The translations under genes were made by a program, and so were the position numbers. Under the pieces are notes generated by a model. The model ran no database searches. It was not told the origin of the DNA and saw only the letters and a program-made list of their open reading frames with translations. From the NCBI GenBank assembly GCA_964291215.2, contig OZ219791.1, forward strand, positions 2,368,001-2,432,000: 64,000 nucleotides of DNA, read 5' to 3'. Positions 1 through 10,996 of this stretch are shown one piece after another; the first letter of the stretch is position 1; every line of letters begins with the position of its first letter. The DNA is from Alphaproteobacteria bacterium (GTDB lineage: Bacteria; Pseudomonadota; Alphaproteobacteria; MPNO01; UBA830).

Positions 1-821
1 CAGCTTGGGGTTGCGGATGGTGTCGCCCCATTCGATGCGGTGATTATCCTCGCCGTGCAGGAACATGTTCATCTTGGCGAGCGCCCAGGTGCTGCCAATC
101 GCCTCCTGCCCATACAGGGCATATTTGCGGGAGCCGTTGTGCTTCGCCTGAACCTGGCGCCCGCATTTCATGAGCAGCGAGCCGGACCCGCAGGTGGGGT
201 CGCAAATCTCGTAACCTTCTTCCGGCGCGACAAGCTCGACCATCAACTCGGAAATTTCTGGCGGAGTGTAGAATTCACCGGCCTTCTTGCCGCTCGTCGC
301 CGCAAAATTCTTGATCAGATACTCATAAGCATTGCCGATGATATCAAGCTTACCGATCCGGCTCGGGCGCAGGTTTAGGTCAGCCTTGTTAAAGTCCTCC
401 AGCACATGCCGCAGAATGTCGTTTTTCTGCGCCTCGTCACCTAGGCGCGTGCTGTTGAAAGTAATGTCCTGAAAAACATCCCGAAGCTTATGAATATTCG
501 TCTCTTCGATGGCATGCAGCGCTTTGTCGATGCGTTCGCCATTCCCTGCCTCGAAACGGCGCCCATGCAGGGCGTAGAAACTGGCGTCCTTGGGAAGAAC
601 GAAACGCTCGTTCTTCAGGAGTTCCTCAATGAGTTCCGGATGATCGCCATGCTCCCTCTTGTACTGATCGTAATGATCCTGCCAGACATCCGAAATGTAT
701 TTCAGGAACAGCATGGTCAGGACATAATCCTTATAGATGCTCGGGTCGACGACGCCCCGGAAGCTGTCACACGCCTCCCAAACAGCCTGATTGATTTCCC
801 CTGGTCAATGCGATCATTCAT
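1..821 (-). CDS. hsdM: Type I restriction-modification methyltransferase subunit M (runs off the left edge)
   Basis: Manual minus-strand translation from ATG at 821: MNDRIDQGEINQAVWEACDSFRG...IIGNAYEYLI...KKAGEFYTP...ICDPTCGSGSLL...YGQE...AKMNMFLHG, the canonical HsdM N-terminal and SAM-binding motifs. Absent from the ORF track because it has no stop within the window. Confidence 0.95.
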
Positions 822-825
822 TGGA

Positions 826-1413
826 TCAGCCCTTCAGTGAGTCGCCTAGCGCAATACCAGCCAAGGACCGCATCTGGCGATTTCGATTTTCAATTAATTC
901 AAGAAGCAGATGCCTTTCACGCATAGCCGCGCCATTGAACGCGACGATGGTTCTCTGCTCTTCGAGCGGCGGCATGACGATTGGCAAGTCTTCCAGTACC
1001 TGGCGCCGGATGCTGGTGATATAGGAACCCGTCGCAGAGGTGGACAGATAGCGCTGTATCGGCTCCTGATTGATCTGCCAAGCCACGAAAGCCGGCAGCA
1101 ACTTGCCGACATCCTCCACCCGTATAAGAAAGAAATGCGGAGAACAGACCGCTTGACCAGGAACCACCCCAACCAACGCCGCGACATTTCTGTTTCCACG
1201 CGCGGAAAACAAAATATCGCCCTGCCCCAACCAATCCGGTTTGCGGCGCCCCGTGAGTTGCGTGCGGGAAACGCTTGGCCAGTCGATACCCATATCGGCA
1301 TCAATGTTACGGATTTGCACAACCGCCACATCGCCCTCGGGCGCATCTTCGATGCTGCCCCTGAAGGGGTAACCGGCACCAATGCCCGCCACATCCGCCA
1401 AACATACCCTCAT
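826..1413 (-). CDS. hsdS: Short (single-TRD) type I R-M specificity subunit-like protein
   Basis: GDILFSARG, 'LEDLPIVMPPLEEQRTIV' (HsdS conserved P-x-P-x-x-EQ region); lies 5 bp upstream of hsdM. ATG at 1413 is preferred because the longer start lies inside IS ends. Confidence 0.8.
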   Translation of the reverse strand: MRVCLADVAGIGAGYPFRGSIEDAPEGDVAVVQIRNIDADMGIDWPSVSRTQLTGRRKPDWLGQGDILFSARGNRNVAALVGVVPGQAVCSPHFFLIRVEDVGKLLPAFVAWQINQEPIQRYLSTSATGSYITSIRRQVLEDLPIVMPPLEEQRTIVAFNGAAMRERHLLLELIENRNRQMRSLAGIALGDSLKG

Positions 1414-1462
1414 ATTGTACCCCACTTCCAGTCTGAAGTGCAACACCCGGCCCTCATCGCAG

Positions 1463-3055
1463 CATGGCGATCCCACGCTAGGTTTGTTGGAAGGGTCGGT
1501 TTCGCTTGTTCAGGATGATTCGCATTTTCGCTGGCTTTTTGTGAAGCGGCGTAGTATCCGTTGTCGTGGGGGCAGCGGATTTTTTTGAGACGACTCCGGA
1601 GGGTTTTGAGCTCCGGGATGTGGTTGTGCGCCTTGCGCGGCCTGATGTCGCTGGAACCGTGTTGTTGACCGTATCTTGGTTTCAAGCAGTTTGCCGGTCG
1701 AGGTCTGCGTGTTCACCTGGCGCGGGCGGTGGATTGGCACTGCGGGCTGGCAGACGGGCGCCCTCAGCTGCGCACCCGTTGGCTGGCGCCGCGAGGAACA
1801 GTTCAGGCGGTTGCCGGGAACAACACGAGGTTTGTTGTTCCTGGTGGTCGTTTCCGGGCCTTGCCTCGTTTGCGTTGTCGCGGATGGTGCGGCGGCGACC
1901 GGGAGGCTGCCGTTGCTTGTTGCGGAGTCGTTTGTCTTGCCGACGAAGTTCAGCGGCACCATGTACAAGGCGGCGAACCGGGAGTGCGTTGGCAGGAGCT
2001 ATGCGCGCGCCAGCGGGCGCTATACCGACCGGGGAGGCGAAGGATCTTTACGTGTTTCCGCTGCGTCGCGATGTCGGCTGCGGGATCGTTCGCCGCTTCC
2101 TGTGGCGTGGGAGTTGCGGGCGCCGCTGGTCGGCGCAGGAGTTGCGCTCGATTTATCAGCGGCGCTTTCCGGCGCGCGCAGGGGCACCGCATCGCCTCGG
2201 TGCTGTGCGTGATTTTGCTGGCTTGCGAACCGGCACGGTGCGGTTGCGGCGGCGCACTACGACGCAGAAGGAGCTGGAGCAGCATGGAAGAACAGGGACA
2301 AGCCGGTCTTCAAATCGACCGTGCACCGGGTGCTGCAGAACACCGACCCGGGATGGATCGAGGATGCTCTGCGGCGCTGGGCGCAGCCGCGCCTGGAGGT
2401 CGGCAACGCGATCGCGGTCGACGGCAAGCGCATCCGCGGCGCCAACCGCACCGGCGAGGATCATTACGAGACAGTCTCGCTGGCACGGGACCGGTATGCC
2501 GGTTTCGATCCTCAACTATTCTTCCGCGTTACCCGGCGCGTCGAATTCAAGAAATCCAGAAAACGGACAACCGAATACGCCATGACCTCGGTCAAGCGCG
2601 CCTCGCCGCAACAGCTGCTCGCATGGAATCGTGGACACTGGGTAGTCGAGAGCCATCATCATGTCCGTGATGCCACCTTCCGCGAAGACGACTCCATGCT
2701 CCGAACGCGCCCGCAAACAACGCGATCACCCTCGCAATCATCATCCGCAACAAACGCAAGCTGCCCAAACCCTTCAACAGCTTCGTCGACGCCCGCCACC
2801 ACTATGCCGACAAGCGCAAGCAGGTCCTGCACGCAATCACAAGACCAGGCTGACCGCGCCTCTCTCCCCGACAGAAACTGCAAGCTTTCGAGCCCGGCAA
2901 CCAAGGCCTCTCGCTCGCCCCGGATACGCCGACCAATCGCGCTCCGCGCCGCAACAGCGCGTCAGCAAATCTCAAAATCGCAGCCTCGAACGCGTCGACC
3001 CGCGCCACGATCAGGACTCCGATCACATCACATCAACAAGCATGGGATCACCTTG
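1463..3055 (+). mobile_element. ISAs1-family element with N-terminal DUF4338 (DruA-like) domain, decayed
   Basis: TIR catggcgatcccacgct / rc caaggtgatcccatgct; 10-bp TSD ctcatcgcag at 1453-1462 and 3056-3065. Fragmented motifs 'IAVDGKRIRGA', 'RGHWVVESHHHVRDATFREDDS' (ISAs1) and 'LASFALSRMVRR...ESFV...FSGTMYKAAN' (DUF4338). Confidence 0.85.
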
Positions 3056-3248
3056 CTCATCGCAGTGAGGGCCGGGTGTTGCGCAAATTTTTCCCCTCTG
3101 CCCCTCTCGATTCCGCCTGGAAACAGCTTCAGTTCCTTCAATATCGAGCTTATGCAACGCCTTTGTCGGCTTCAAGCCGCTATTTCGCCGTCGCGCGGCA
3201 TGGACCCTGCTGCACGTTGCGGCTTTGGAACATGGCGCAGATGGTCAG

Positions 3249-4018
3249 GGCGGTTTCACTTCAAGGTCGAACATTACCTCCGTCGGCGATCCCAAAACTT
3301 TCCGAGTGTTGAGCCGATCCTGTACCTTCTGAACATCTTCGTTGCATATCGCGCGAAAGTCCGTGCCCTTCGGGAAGTACTCCCGCACCAGGCCGTTGGT
3401 GTGCTCATTCAAGCCGCGCTCCCAAGAATGGAAAGGCTTGGCGAAGAAGAAATCTGCGTCAAGTGCTTCAGCGACACGCCTGTGGTCTGCGAGCTCTTTG
3501 CCGTTGTGATTGTGTGGACCAATAGCGCACCAGAGCCGAGCAGGCGGATCATGACCGAACCGACCGTGTCTTTCTGCCCACCCGGCAAGGCGTATTTCGT
3601 GGCACGATCAACCAGCGACACGACAGCTCCACTGTGAGCTTTGCCGATGATGGTTCCCAGTCGCCGACCCGTTTTTTTGCCTCCGCAGGGCACTCGGAAA
3701 TGTCCACAGGGACCCGGCCGGAATGGCATCCACCCTTCCAGTTCGGCTTCTTGCCGCGCCGCCGAAGCTTCTTCCACAAGACGCCCCCGGCTCTCTGATC
3801 TTCATGAATGCGATCATGGATCCGTTGCCGACCCACGGCCCTCCAGTCGAAAACGGCCGCTGATCTGCTCGGGGCCCTCCCGCAGCTTTTTCTGAGCTTC
3901 AGCCCATCGTTGAGGCGTCAACCGCCAAGAAACAGACGAGGCGGCCCTGTGTTTCTGCCATCCTTTGCGCCTGCTTGTGACGGTAACCCCGTCCCCCGGT
4001 GTTGCGCTTGATCTCCCG
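3249..4018 (-). mobile_element. IS30-family transposase remnant
   Basis: Minus-strand fragments 'DISECP..KKRVGDWE', 'IIGKAHSGAVVSLVDRATKY', 'HSWERGLNEHTNGLVREYFPKGTDF', with many frameshifts. Confidence 0.85.
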
Positions 4019-4114
4019 GAAAATTGTTGATCGGTCACGGCCCGGCTGCCGAGCAATCGCACCTTGTGAAAGACCGCTTTTCTGTAACGCCTCAATCTGA
4101 CATCGCTTCGTAGG

Positions 4115-7100
4115 TACTGTAACTTGATGTCTGGAAATTTGTCTGAGGTTTGCGCTTTGAGGCGTTTCACTGGGGGGCTAGCCCTGCCGTGTAGCCACAA
4201 GTTTGCTACCCAACATGTTTTTGCACCTGTTCGAGCATGTATCGCTTGCCGTCCTCGAAGCCGAATTGGTGTCCGATTCTGTGGCCGATGGTGGCTTTCG
4301 TGAGGGTTCCGTAGCCCTGCCACATGATCTGGTTTCCGGGGTCGGGCGTTCGCCCGCGGTATCCGCCGAGATGGGCGACGAGGCGGACGGCGTTCCCGAG
4401 CGTGTCGGGAGCATCGAGCCGGCTGTTGAGGGCGTAGTGACGCAGGAAGCTGAGTTCGTGATCGGTGAACAGCAGTTCGGGCTCGCACTCGGGGACCTGC
4501 CGCAGGGTCATGACCATGATGCGCGATGACGGCGGCGCGTTGCAGGCGGTGCGGAACATGAGGAACTCGGTTCGGCAGCCGGACTTGAGGACTCTGAAGA
4601 AGTCCTCGACGCCTTTGGAGGTAATATCCGATCATCTCGGCGGCGGTTGCGGCGTGGTCGACGGTGGTGAGCAGGAACCACTGGATCGGGTCCTCGTTGC
4701 CGGGCGGGTTGCGCTCGATGAGGTGGACGGCCGAGACCGGCTTCTTGACAGTGGCCGGCAGGGTGGCCTTGCAAAAGCGCAACTCGCTTTGCGCGCGCGG
4801 CTTGACCTTGCTCGACTTCCTGCGCTCGCCGAGGCGCTCGACCCGGCTCGCGGCGGGGCTGACGGTCGCGAACAGCTTCCGTTCGCCGGCCAGGCAGCGG
4901 TCGTCCGCACCAGCAGTTCGACCCCCGGCGCTGGGCATCGAACAGACAGTCGGCCTCGCACACCGCGATCACCCGCGTCAGCGCGCGCGTCGCCCGGAGC
5001 GTGTCCTCAAGCGCCGGGTCTTGCACGTGCGGTGACCGAGGCGCAGCACGCGGCAGCCCGTTCACCGCAAGCGTCAGGTGCAATCCCAGGGCGCCGGTTT
5101 GGTTCTTGCCGATGATCTGCAGGCCATCGGTGTACGGACGACGCGTGAAGTTCAGATCGGTGCCATCGCGAGCACCGTCGACTGTCCGCGCATGCCCGTG
5201 CGCTCGCGGCGCGAGGATGTTCTCGACCGTCACGTCCGCAGGATGCTCGATCAGTCGGTAGAAACCGTTCACCGCAGCTTCGTCGCTCTCGACATTGCGC
5301 GCGCCCTGGATACGCCAGCGTCGCGCTCTTGACCAGCCGTCAACCGCTTGTCGCCCAACTGCGCACCTCCAAACTCGTTCACCGCCCACACGCCAAGCCC
5401 CTCGCCCGGATCAAGCGCCGGCGCCGCCTCCGGAACCCCCAGACGCCGCCGCGTACATGAATTCACCGGCCGCGGTTCTCGCGATCCTGACGGCCGCGCC
5501 CCGCCGTCGCGCCAAGAAGTTCGCCGCACGCAGGCACGCCCCCTGATCCTCGAGAAACGTCTCGACAAGCCACGGCTGAAAACCGTAACGCGCCTCGAAG
5601 TCCCCCGCCGCAGAACACGCCCCAGCACATGGCTGGCAAGGTTGGCAACACCCGGCCGGATCAGGAAACGGCTCAGAACCCGGTCAAGATTGTCCCGCCG
5701 CTGCGCTTCGTCCCACCCCCGGTCGCGCGCCGACAACCGCAGCGGCAGAAAACCCCGCGGCGCCCAAAAGACCATGCTCGGAGCCAACGAGATAGCGCAG
5801 CCGGCAAACGTCGTCACGCGGATGCTCGTATGCCATCAGCGTGTTCCACACCCGGCGGCCGGCGCGCGTGCCGCAATCTCAAACCTCCGAAAGCCGGTCC
5901 GGAACTCCCTCCGCAGGCGCTATCGGCGTCCCCAGAAGCGACGGCCGCACCGCCGCGGCGGTGGAAGGACAATCACTTCCGAGCGCGCCTCCAGAGCCCG
6001 CAAAGCCTTCAGACAACCGGCCCCGCCGGTCCCTGAATCCTCGCACAGACGGCGGCGCGTGGCGGCTGCCAAACCGCTCCCGCGCCAGAATCGCGGCAAT
6101 CCGGGGCTCCGCCGCGCGTGGACTGGATCTGTGACTGTGCCATGCCGCGACTCTTCGCGCCGGAGTTGTCCAGTGGGTCTTTTGCTACCCGAGCCGCTGC
6201 ACCCGCGCTGGCTGCTCAAGCCGGCGACAACAGCCAGACCGTGCCCAAAATCCCGCCAACATGGTAGGCGCGGCGGGCATCGCCAAAACCATTGCTTGGT
6301 AGATTTATGTCTACACGGCAGGGCTAGCCCCCCCCAGTGAAACGCGGCGCCATCGTGCTATCCCATGGAGTTGAAAAACATTCATGGAGGAAGCGAATGG
6401 AGCTGCGACACACTACGACGATTGAGGCCGTTTTGGAACATCTGATCGCAAACGGAGCAACGGATCTGGGGCGGGTCTTTGGTCAGCTCTTCGAGCTTGC
6501 GATGCAAATCGAGCGCGAGCAGTACTTGAAAGCGGGCCACCGGACACCGGAACGACAGGGCTATGCCAACGGCTACAAGCGGATCGACACCCCCCTGTTG
6601 CCGTTCAGGTGCCAAAGACGGCCGGTCACGGGGACGATCCGTTCTATCCCCAGTCGCTTGAACGCGGCCAGCGATCTTCTCGCGCCGTAGCCGAGATGTA
6701 CATCAAGGGTGTTTCCACGCGGCAGGATGTAATGCGCGAGTTCGGGAGCCTGTCCTCTTCTCAGGGGGCCACCAGGTTGCTCGATGAAGAACTCGCCGCC
6801 TGGCGCAACCGGCTCCTTGGGCTGATGAAATACCTGATCCTGGATGCGCGCTACGAAAAAGCCCGCCATGACGGCGTTGTGCGCGATGTTGCAGTGCTCT
6901 CGGCCATCGGAATAGGGGCTGCAGGCACGTTCTGGGGCTCTCTGTGGCGCTCTCCGAGGCCGAGGTCCATTGGAGAGCCTTCCTGGAAAGCTTGCTAGCC
7001 CTGCATGGTACGACCTTCATCGTCTCGGATGACCATGCTGGGCTGAAAGCAGCACGACGCGCGGTGCTGGGCGCGGCGACATGGCAGCGCTGCCAGTTCC

Positions 7101-7525
7101 ACTTGGCGCAAAACGCCGTGCACCGAACAACGACATCAGGAAACGTATTGGAAAACAGCTCGGAGCCATGCGTCCTCACTCCAAACCGCCGAGGCTGAAC
7201 TGGGCGCCCTCGTGGCCAGCTATCGCGACAAGCATCCAGGCTTCCTGGCTGGAAAAGAATGCGGGGCTCGCTGTCTTCACCTTGCCCGATGCTCACCGCA
7301 AACGTATGCGAACCTCGAACGGCATCGAGCGGCCGATCCAGCAAGAGCTCAAGCGGCGCACCTCCAAAGTCAGGGTCTTTCCAAACCTCGCCTCGTTGGA
7401 GCGCCTCTCAACCGCGGTCCTCATCGACGAAAAATGGGAAACCGAAACCAAGGCATACATCAAATGGGAACAGCTCGATGACTGAGAGCTTCACGACAAT
7501 TTCCAGACATCAGGTTGCGTAATCT
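4115..7525 (+). mobile_element. IS256-family element (pseudogenised), interrupted by an IS4 element
   Basis: Inverted ends sharing aac.tgatgtctggaaatt (~4121-4139 / 7498-7517); flanking direct repeat cttcgtagg at 4106-4114 and 7526-7534. Motifs 'AEMYIKGVSTR', 'YLILDARYEK', 'VSDDHAGLKAA', 'WQRCQFHLAQNA', 'RTSNGIER' across 6397-7485. Confidence 0.88.
4184..6321 (-). mobile_element. IS4-family (IS50/Tn5-like) element with DUF4338 N-terminal domain, decayed
   Basis: 19-bp IS50-like ends CTGCCGTGTAGCCACAAGT / rc CTGCCGTGTAGACATAAAT; 8-bp TSD ggctagcc at 4176-4183 and 6322-6329. Motifs 'WAVNEFGGAQLGDKRL', 'DGTDLNF', 'PIQWFLLTT', 'VAHLGGYRGR..PG..MWQG', 'SRFLIRPGVANLASHVLG'. Confidence 0.88.
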
Positions 7526-7707
7526 CTTCGTAGGCCAGGTGACGGTAGCCTTTGGACATGAACAAGCTCCCTCCATCTTGTACAGGAACTCTCACCGCTA
7601 CCGCTCCGCAACATCATGCGTCTAAAAACACATGGCCACAGCCCATCATGTGTTGCACTTCACTATGGAACGGGGGGGGGGGGTATTATATCTCACATTC
7701 TATCGAG

Positions 7708-9231
7708 GTAACTGCTCACCCCTTGGTTCCGGCTTGATGTCGGGGTAGAGTAATGAACGGGTTTTCGTGGAGATTTGACACTGCAGGCCGATTCGTTTAG
7801 TGGTGGTCATCGAGAACGACGGGGACCGCCAGTGGGCTACTTTGGATCGAAGGCGACGAGCGGGCTGTGCCAGCTGCTTCCGGGGCTCCAGCCTCCGCAT
7901 GATCTGTATGTGGAAACGCATCTCGGAGGCGGCGCGCTGATGAAGCGCAAGGCCGGGTGATGGCGACGGGCGGCGCGCGAGGAGTTCGAAGCGGCCAAGA
8001 CCGCGGCGCTGCCGGCAAGGTGGCGGAAGAGGCCGTGATCCGCGTCCTCGTCATCCTGCTCGACATCATCATCGTCGTCCTTCTGGAGAAGACCACGCAC
8101 GAGCCGGAACTCCGGTCTGCCGCCGTCACAGACGGACGAGAGCGTGCCGGGAGCAACGGCCCGAAGCCGAACCGGCAGATGGGCGACAACCTGCGCAAGA
8201 CCATCGTCGAGGAGACGGTCGCGGCCTGCGACGCCTGCGGCGCTGACATCGACGGCCCCGTCGATCGGGAGCGCCGCGTCCTCTATGACATCGTGTTCGA
8301 GGTCGTCGAGCGCCGCGCCGAGATCAAGGAATGCCCGAAGTGCAAGGCCCGGGGCCGGTTCCCCGACAACATCCCGTGCAGTACGGCATTCAGGCCCTCG
8401 TCATCAACCTGCTGGTCGCCCAGATGCTGTCCCTGCACCGTCGCGCTCGTGCAGGCGATCTCCGGCATCAAGCTCTCCGAGGCAACCTGCCTCGGCTATG
8501 CTTTCACGATGTGTCATGGGAGGAGGCCGCCGTGGCGTACCTCCTGCAACGCCCGATGTCGACGATTTCGGATCAACAGTAAGTGGCTCCATGTCGTGGG
8601 ACCCTGACGTGTAAGTTCCCGCACCGCAAGCGCGGGCAAGAGATCGGCATCATCCCGTGTTACAAGGGCGTCCTGACTGCTGGGCCTCGTACATGGGCTA
8701 TGACCAATGTAGCCACCAGCTGTGCGGCAGCCACCTGCTGCGCGAACTGACCTTTGTCGTCGAGGCTACCGCGCGACTGATGAAGAGCCTGCTCCGCGAG
8801 GTCTGCCACAAGGTCAACAAGAGCGCATCCAGGACCCTGAACGACGCCGGGCCGGGCGCAAGCGCTACCGCACCATCAGGGCGCCAGGGAACTGCCCGAC
8901 ATCCCGACGAAAGGAAAACGTGGACGCAAGTCCGACGCGCACAACCTGCACGAACGTCTCGTGAAACACGAAAACCTGCGCTTCACAGACGACCCTGATG
9001 TCAGCTTCACCAACAATGCCGGAGAACAGAAAATCAGGATGGCAAAGGTCAAGGTGTCCGGATGCTTCCGCTCCACGCAAAAGCATGGTGCCGGAGCTCA
9101 AGCTACCTCACCTCCATGGCCGCACTCGGCTACAACCCACTCGTCGCCACCCAGATCGCCCTCGATGGAAAAGCCGCAGACATCATCAACGAGCACTATG
9201 AATCAGAACCCAACAAGGGGTGAGTAGATAC
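7708..9231 (+). mobile_element. IS66-family element with DNA adenine methylase passenger remnant (internally deleted)
   Basis: GTAA-type TIR gtaactgctcaccccttg / caaggggtgagtagatac; 8-bp TSD ctatcgag at 7700-7707 and 9232-9239. 'GYFGSKATSGLCQ...YVETHLGGGALMKRK' followed by IS66 fragments (HQLCGSHLLREL, FTNNAGEQKIRMAKV). Confidence 0.88.
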
Positions 9232-9250
9232 CTATCGAGTTATAACGAAA

Positions 9251-9307
9251 GTGGTTGCGGGGGCAGGCAACCACCGAGACCGACATCTGATCGAAATCCC
9301 GGTCTGA
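9251..9307 (+). other. Left att junction of the serine-recombinase element; encodes an alternative recombinase C-terminus
   Basis: gtggttgcgggggcagg (9251-9267) matches gtggtagcgggggcagg (49178-49194) at 16/17 and continues in frame as VVAGAGNHRDRHLIEIPV*. Confidence 0.8.
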
Positions 9308-9343
9308 TCCGCCGCAACCCTTTGATCTAAAGAGGTATATGTA

Positions 9344-10512
9344 ATACCAGCGGTTGAGGGTTGAGACTCATTGAGGGGATTCCCAAGGTTATCGAGTTCT
9401 GACTCAATAGCGATTCTGCGATTGGAGGGTCGTTATGAGGGCAGCAATCCCCTTGAGGGAGGATTTTGATGCGGCGCAGTTGCGCGGCTTGGCGCAGCGG
9501 AGCCGGGATGGTGCGCAGAACCGTCGCCTTCTTGCGCTTGCGGTGATTTACGACGGTTACCGTCGTTCGGATGCGGCGCGTTTTGCGGGGGTGGGCTTGC
9601 AGATCATCCGGGACTGGGTTCTTCGCTTCAACGCGGAAGGCCCGGAGGGATTGAAGGATCGCAAGGCCTCAGGTCCACCGCGCAAGTTGAACGGGGAGCA
9701 GCGCGCGGCGCTGGCGGCGGTTGTGGAGAGCGGTCCGGACCCGGCGGTCCACGGCGTGGTGCGGTGGCGGCGCTGCGACCTGGCGGCATGGCTCAGCGAG
9801 CAGTTCGGCATCTCGTTGGCGGAGACGACGGTCGGGCGGGAGTTGCGCCGGATGGGCTACGCCAGGCTGTCTGCGCGCCCGCGCCACCATGCCCAGGACG
9901 AAGCCGCGCTGGCGGCGTTCAAAAAAACTTCCCAGACCGCCTGAAGGAGATCCGCGCTGCACTCGGCGACGGCGTCGAGGTCGAAGTCTGGTGGCAGGAC
10001 GAGGCGCGCGTCGGGCAGAAGAACAAGATCACCCGGCGATGGGCGAAACGCGGCACCCGACCGTCAGCGCCCAAGGACCAGAGAACGACATCGGCCTACA
10101 TCTTCGGCGCCATATGCCCGCAGAAGGGCAAGGCCGCCGGCCTCGTCATGCCCCACGCCAACACGGAGGCACTCAACGCCCACCTCGCCGAGGTCGCCCT
10201 CACCGTTGAACCCGGAGCCCATGCCCTCGTCATGCTCGACCGGGCCGGATGGCACACATCCCCGGCCCTCAAAGTCCCCGACAACATAACCCTGATGCCG
10301 CTCCCGCCCCGGTCCCCCGAACTCAATCCCGTCGAGAATGTCTGGCAGTTCATGCGCGAAAATTGGCTCTCGAACCGCGTCTTCAAAAGCTACGACGACA
10401 TACTCGATCACTGCTGCCAAGCCTGGAACAATCTCGTCTCACAACCAGAACGCATCGCCTCCATCGGAACCCGAAAATGGGCCAATGGGTTCTGAACTAC
10501 GCCCGCTGGTAT
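9344..10512 (+). mobile_element. IS630-family element, apparently intact
   Basis: TIR ataccagcgg / ccgctggtat; two overlapping ORFs (HTH part and DDE part). Confidence 0.92.
9435..10495 (+). CDS. IS630 transposase (programmed -1 frameshift at A7 tract 9921-9927)
   Basis: ORF1 9435-9944 is the HTH part ending 'AFKK'; ORF2 has 'WWQDEARVG', 'LDRAGWH', 'PPRSPELNPVENVW'. Confidence 0.9.
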
Positions 10513-10559
10513 AAATCCGTAGCTTGCCGTCCGCTAGTGGCAAAGCGCGAGGCACCTGA

Positions 10560-10935
10560 TTGGCAGCGGTCCTTCAGCCGGTCGAACAGCGTCCGGTCGT
10601 TCTCGGCGACTGCGGCCAGCGCCGGCCCTCGGCCTCGCCGATGATCTGCAGGCCGAAGCTGTGGAAGGTGCGCACCGTCAAGCCGTCCGCGACCCCGGAT
10701 TCAAGACGATTGCGGAGGCGTTCCTCCATCTCCTTGCGGGCGTCGCGGGCGAAGGCAAGGAGCAACAGTTCGGACTGTTTGCGCTCCATCCTGCGGACGA
10801 GCCATCCGGCCTTGGCGACGATGACCGAGGTCTTGCCGCTGCCGGCCGCCGCGACCACGAGATTGCGGCAAGCGTCCACCACCACCGCCTAGCGCTGCTC
10901 TTCCGTGAGCGGGCGGGCCTCAATCCGGTCGAACA
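10560..10935 (-). pseudogene. UvrD/HelD-like helicase N-terminal fragment
   Basis: 'PLTEEQR*AVVVD..RNLVVAAAGSGKTSVIVAKAG...LLLAF...TFHSFG'; internal TAG and truncation. Confidence 0.8.
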
Positions 10936-10996
10936 CCTAGAACTTCAAGCCCCCGTCAAGCTGAAATCCGGGTGTTTCGCTCGCATCGCTTACTGT

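Larger units (their letters stand above)
1422..7675 (+). mobile_element. Outer, heavily decayed IS30-family element (hosts nested IS)
   Basis: IS30-type inverted ends: tgaagtgcaacac (1434-1446) and gtgttgcacttca (7650-7662). Residual transposase-like text at ~4020-4100. Confidence 0.45.

Noticed and set aside
40-840. Plus-strand ORFs 40-378 and 490-840
   Set aside because: Antisense shadows of hsdM.
1566-6300. DUF4338 hits as a Druantia defence system
   Set aside because: The domains lie inside IS boundaries fused to transposases; no DruE helicase or other dru genes.
7672-7683. G12 homopolymer as a phase-variation switch
   Set aside because: Intergenic, at an IS end, with no linked intact gene.
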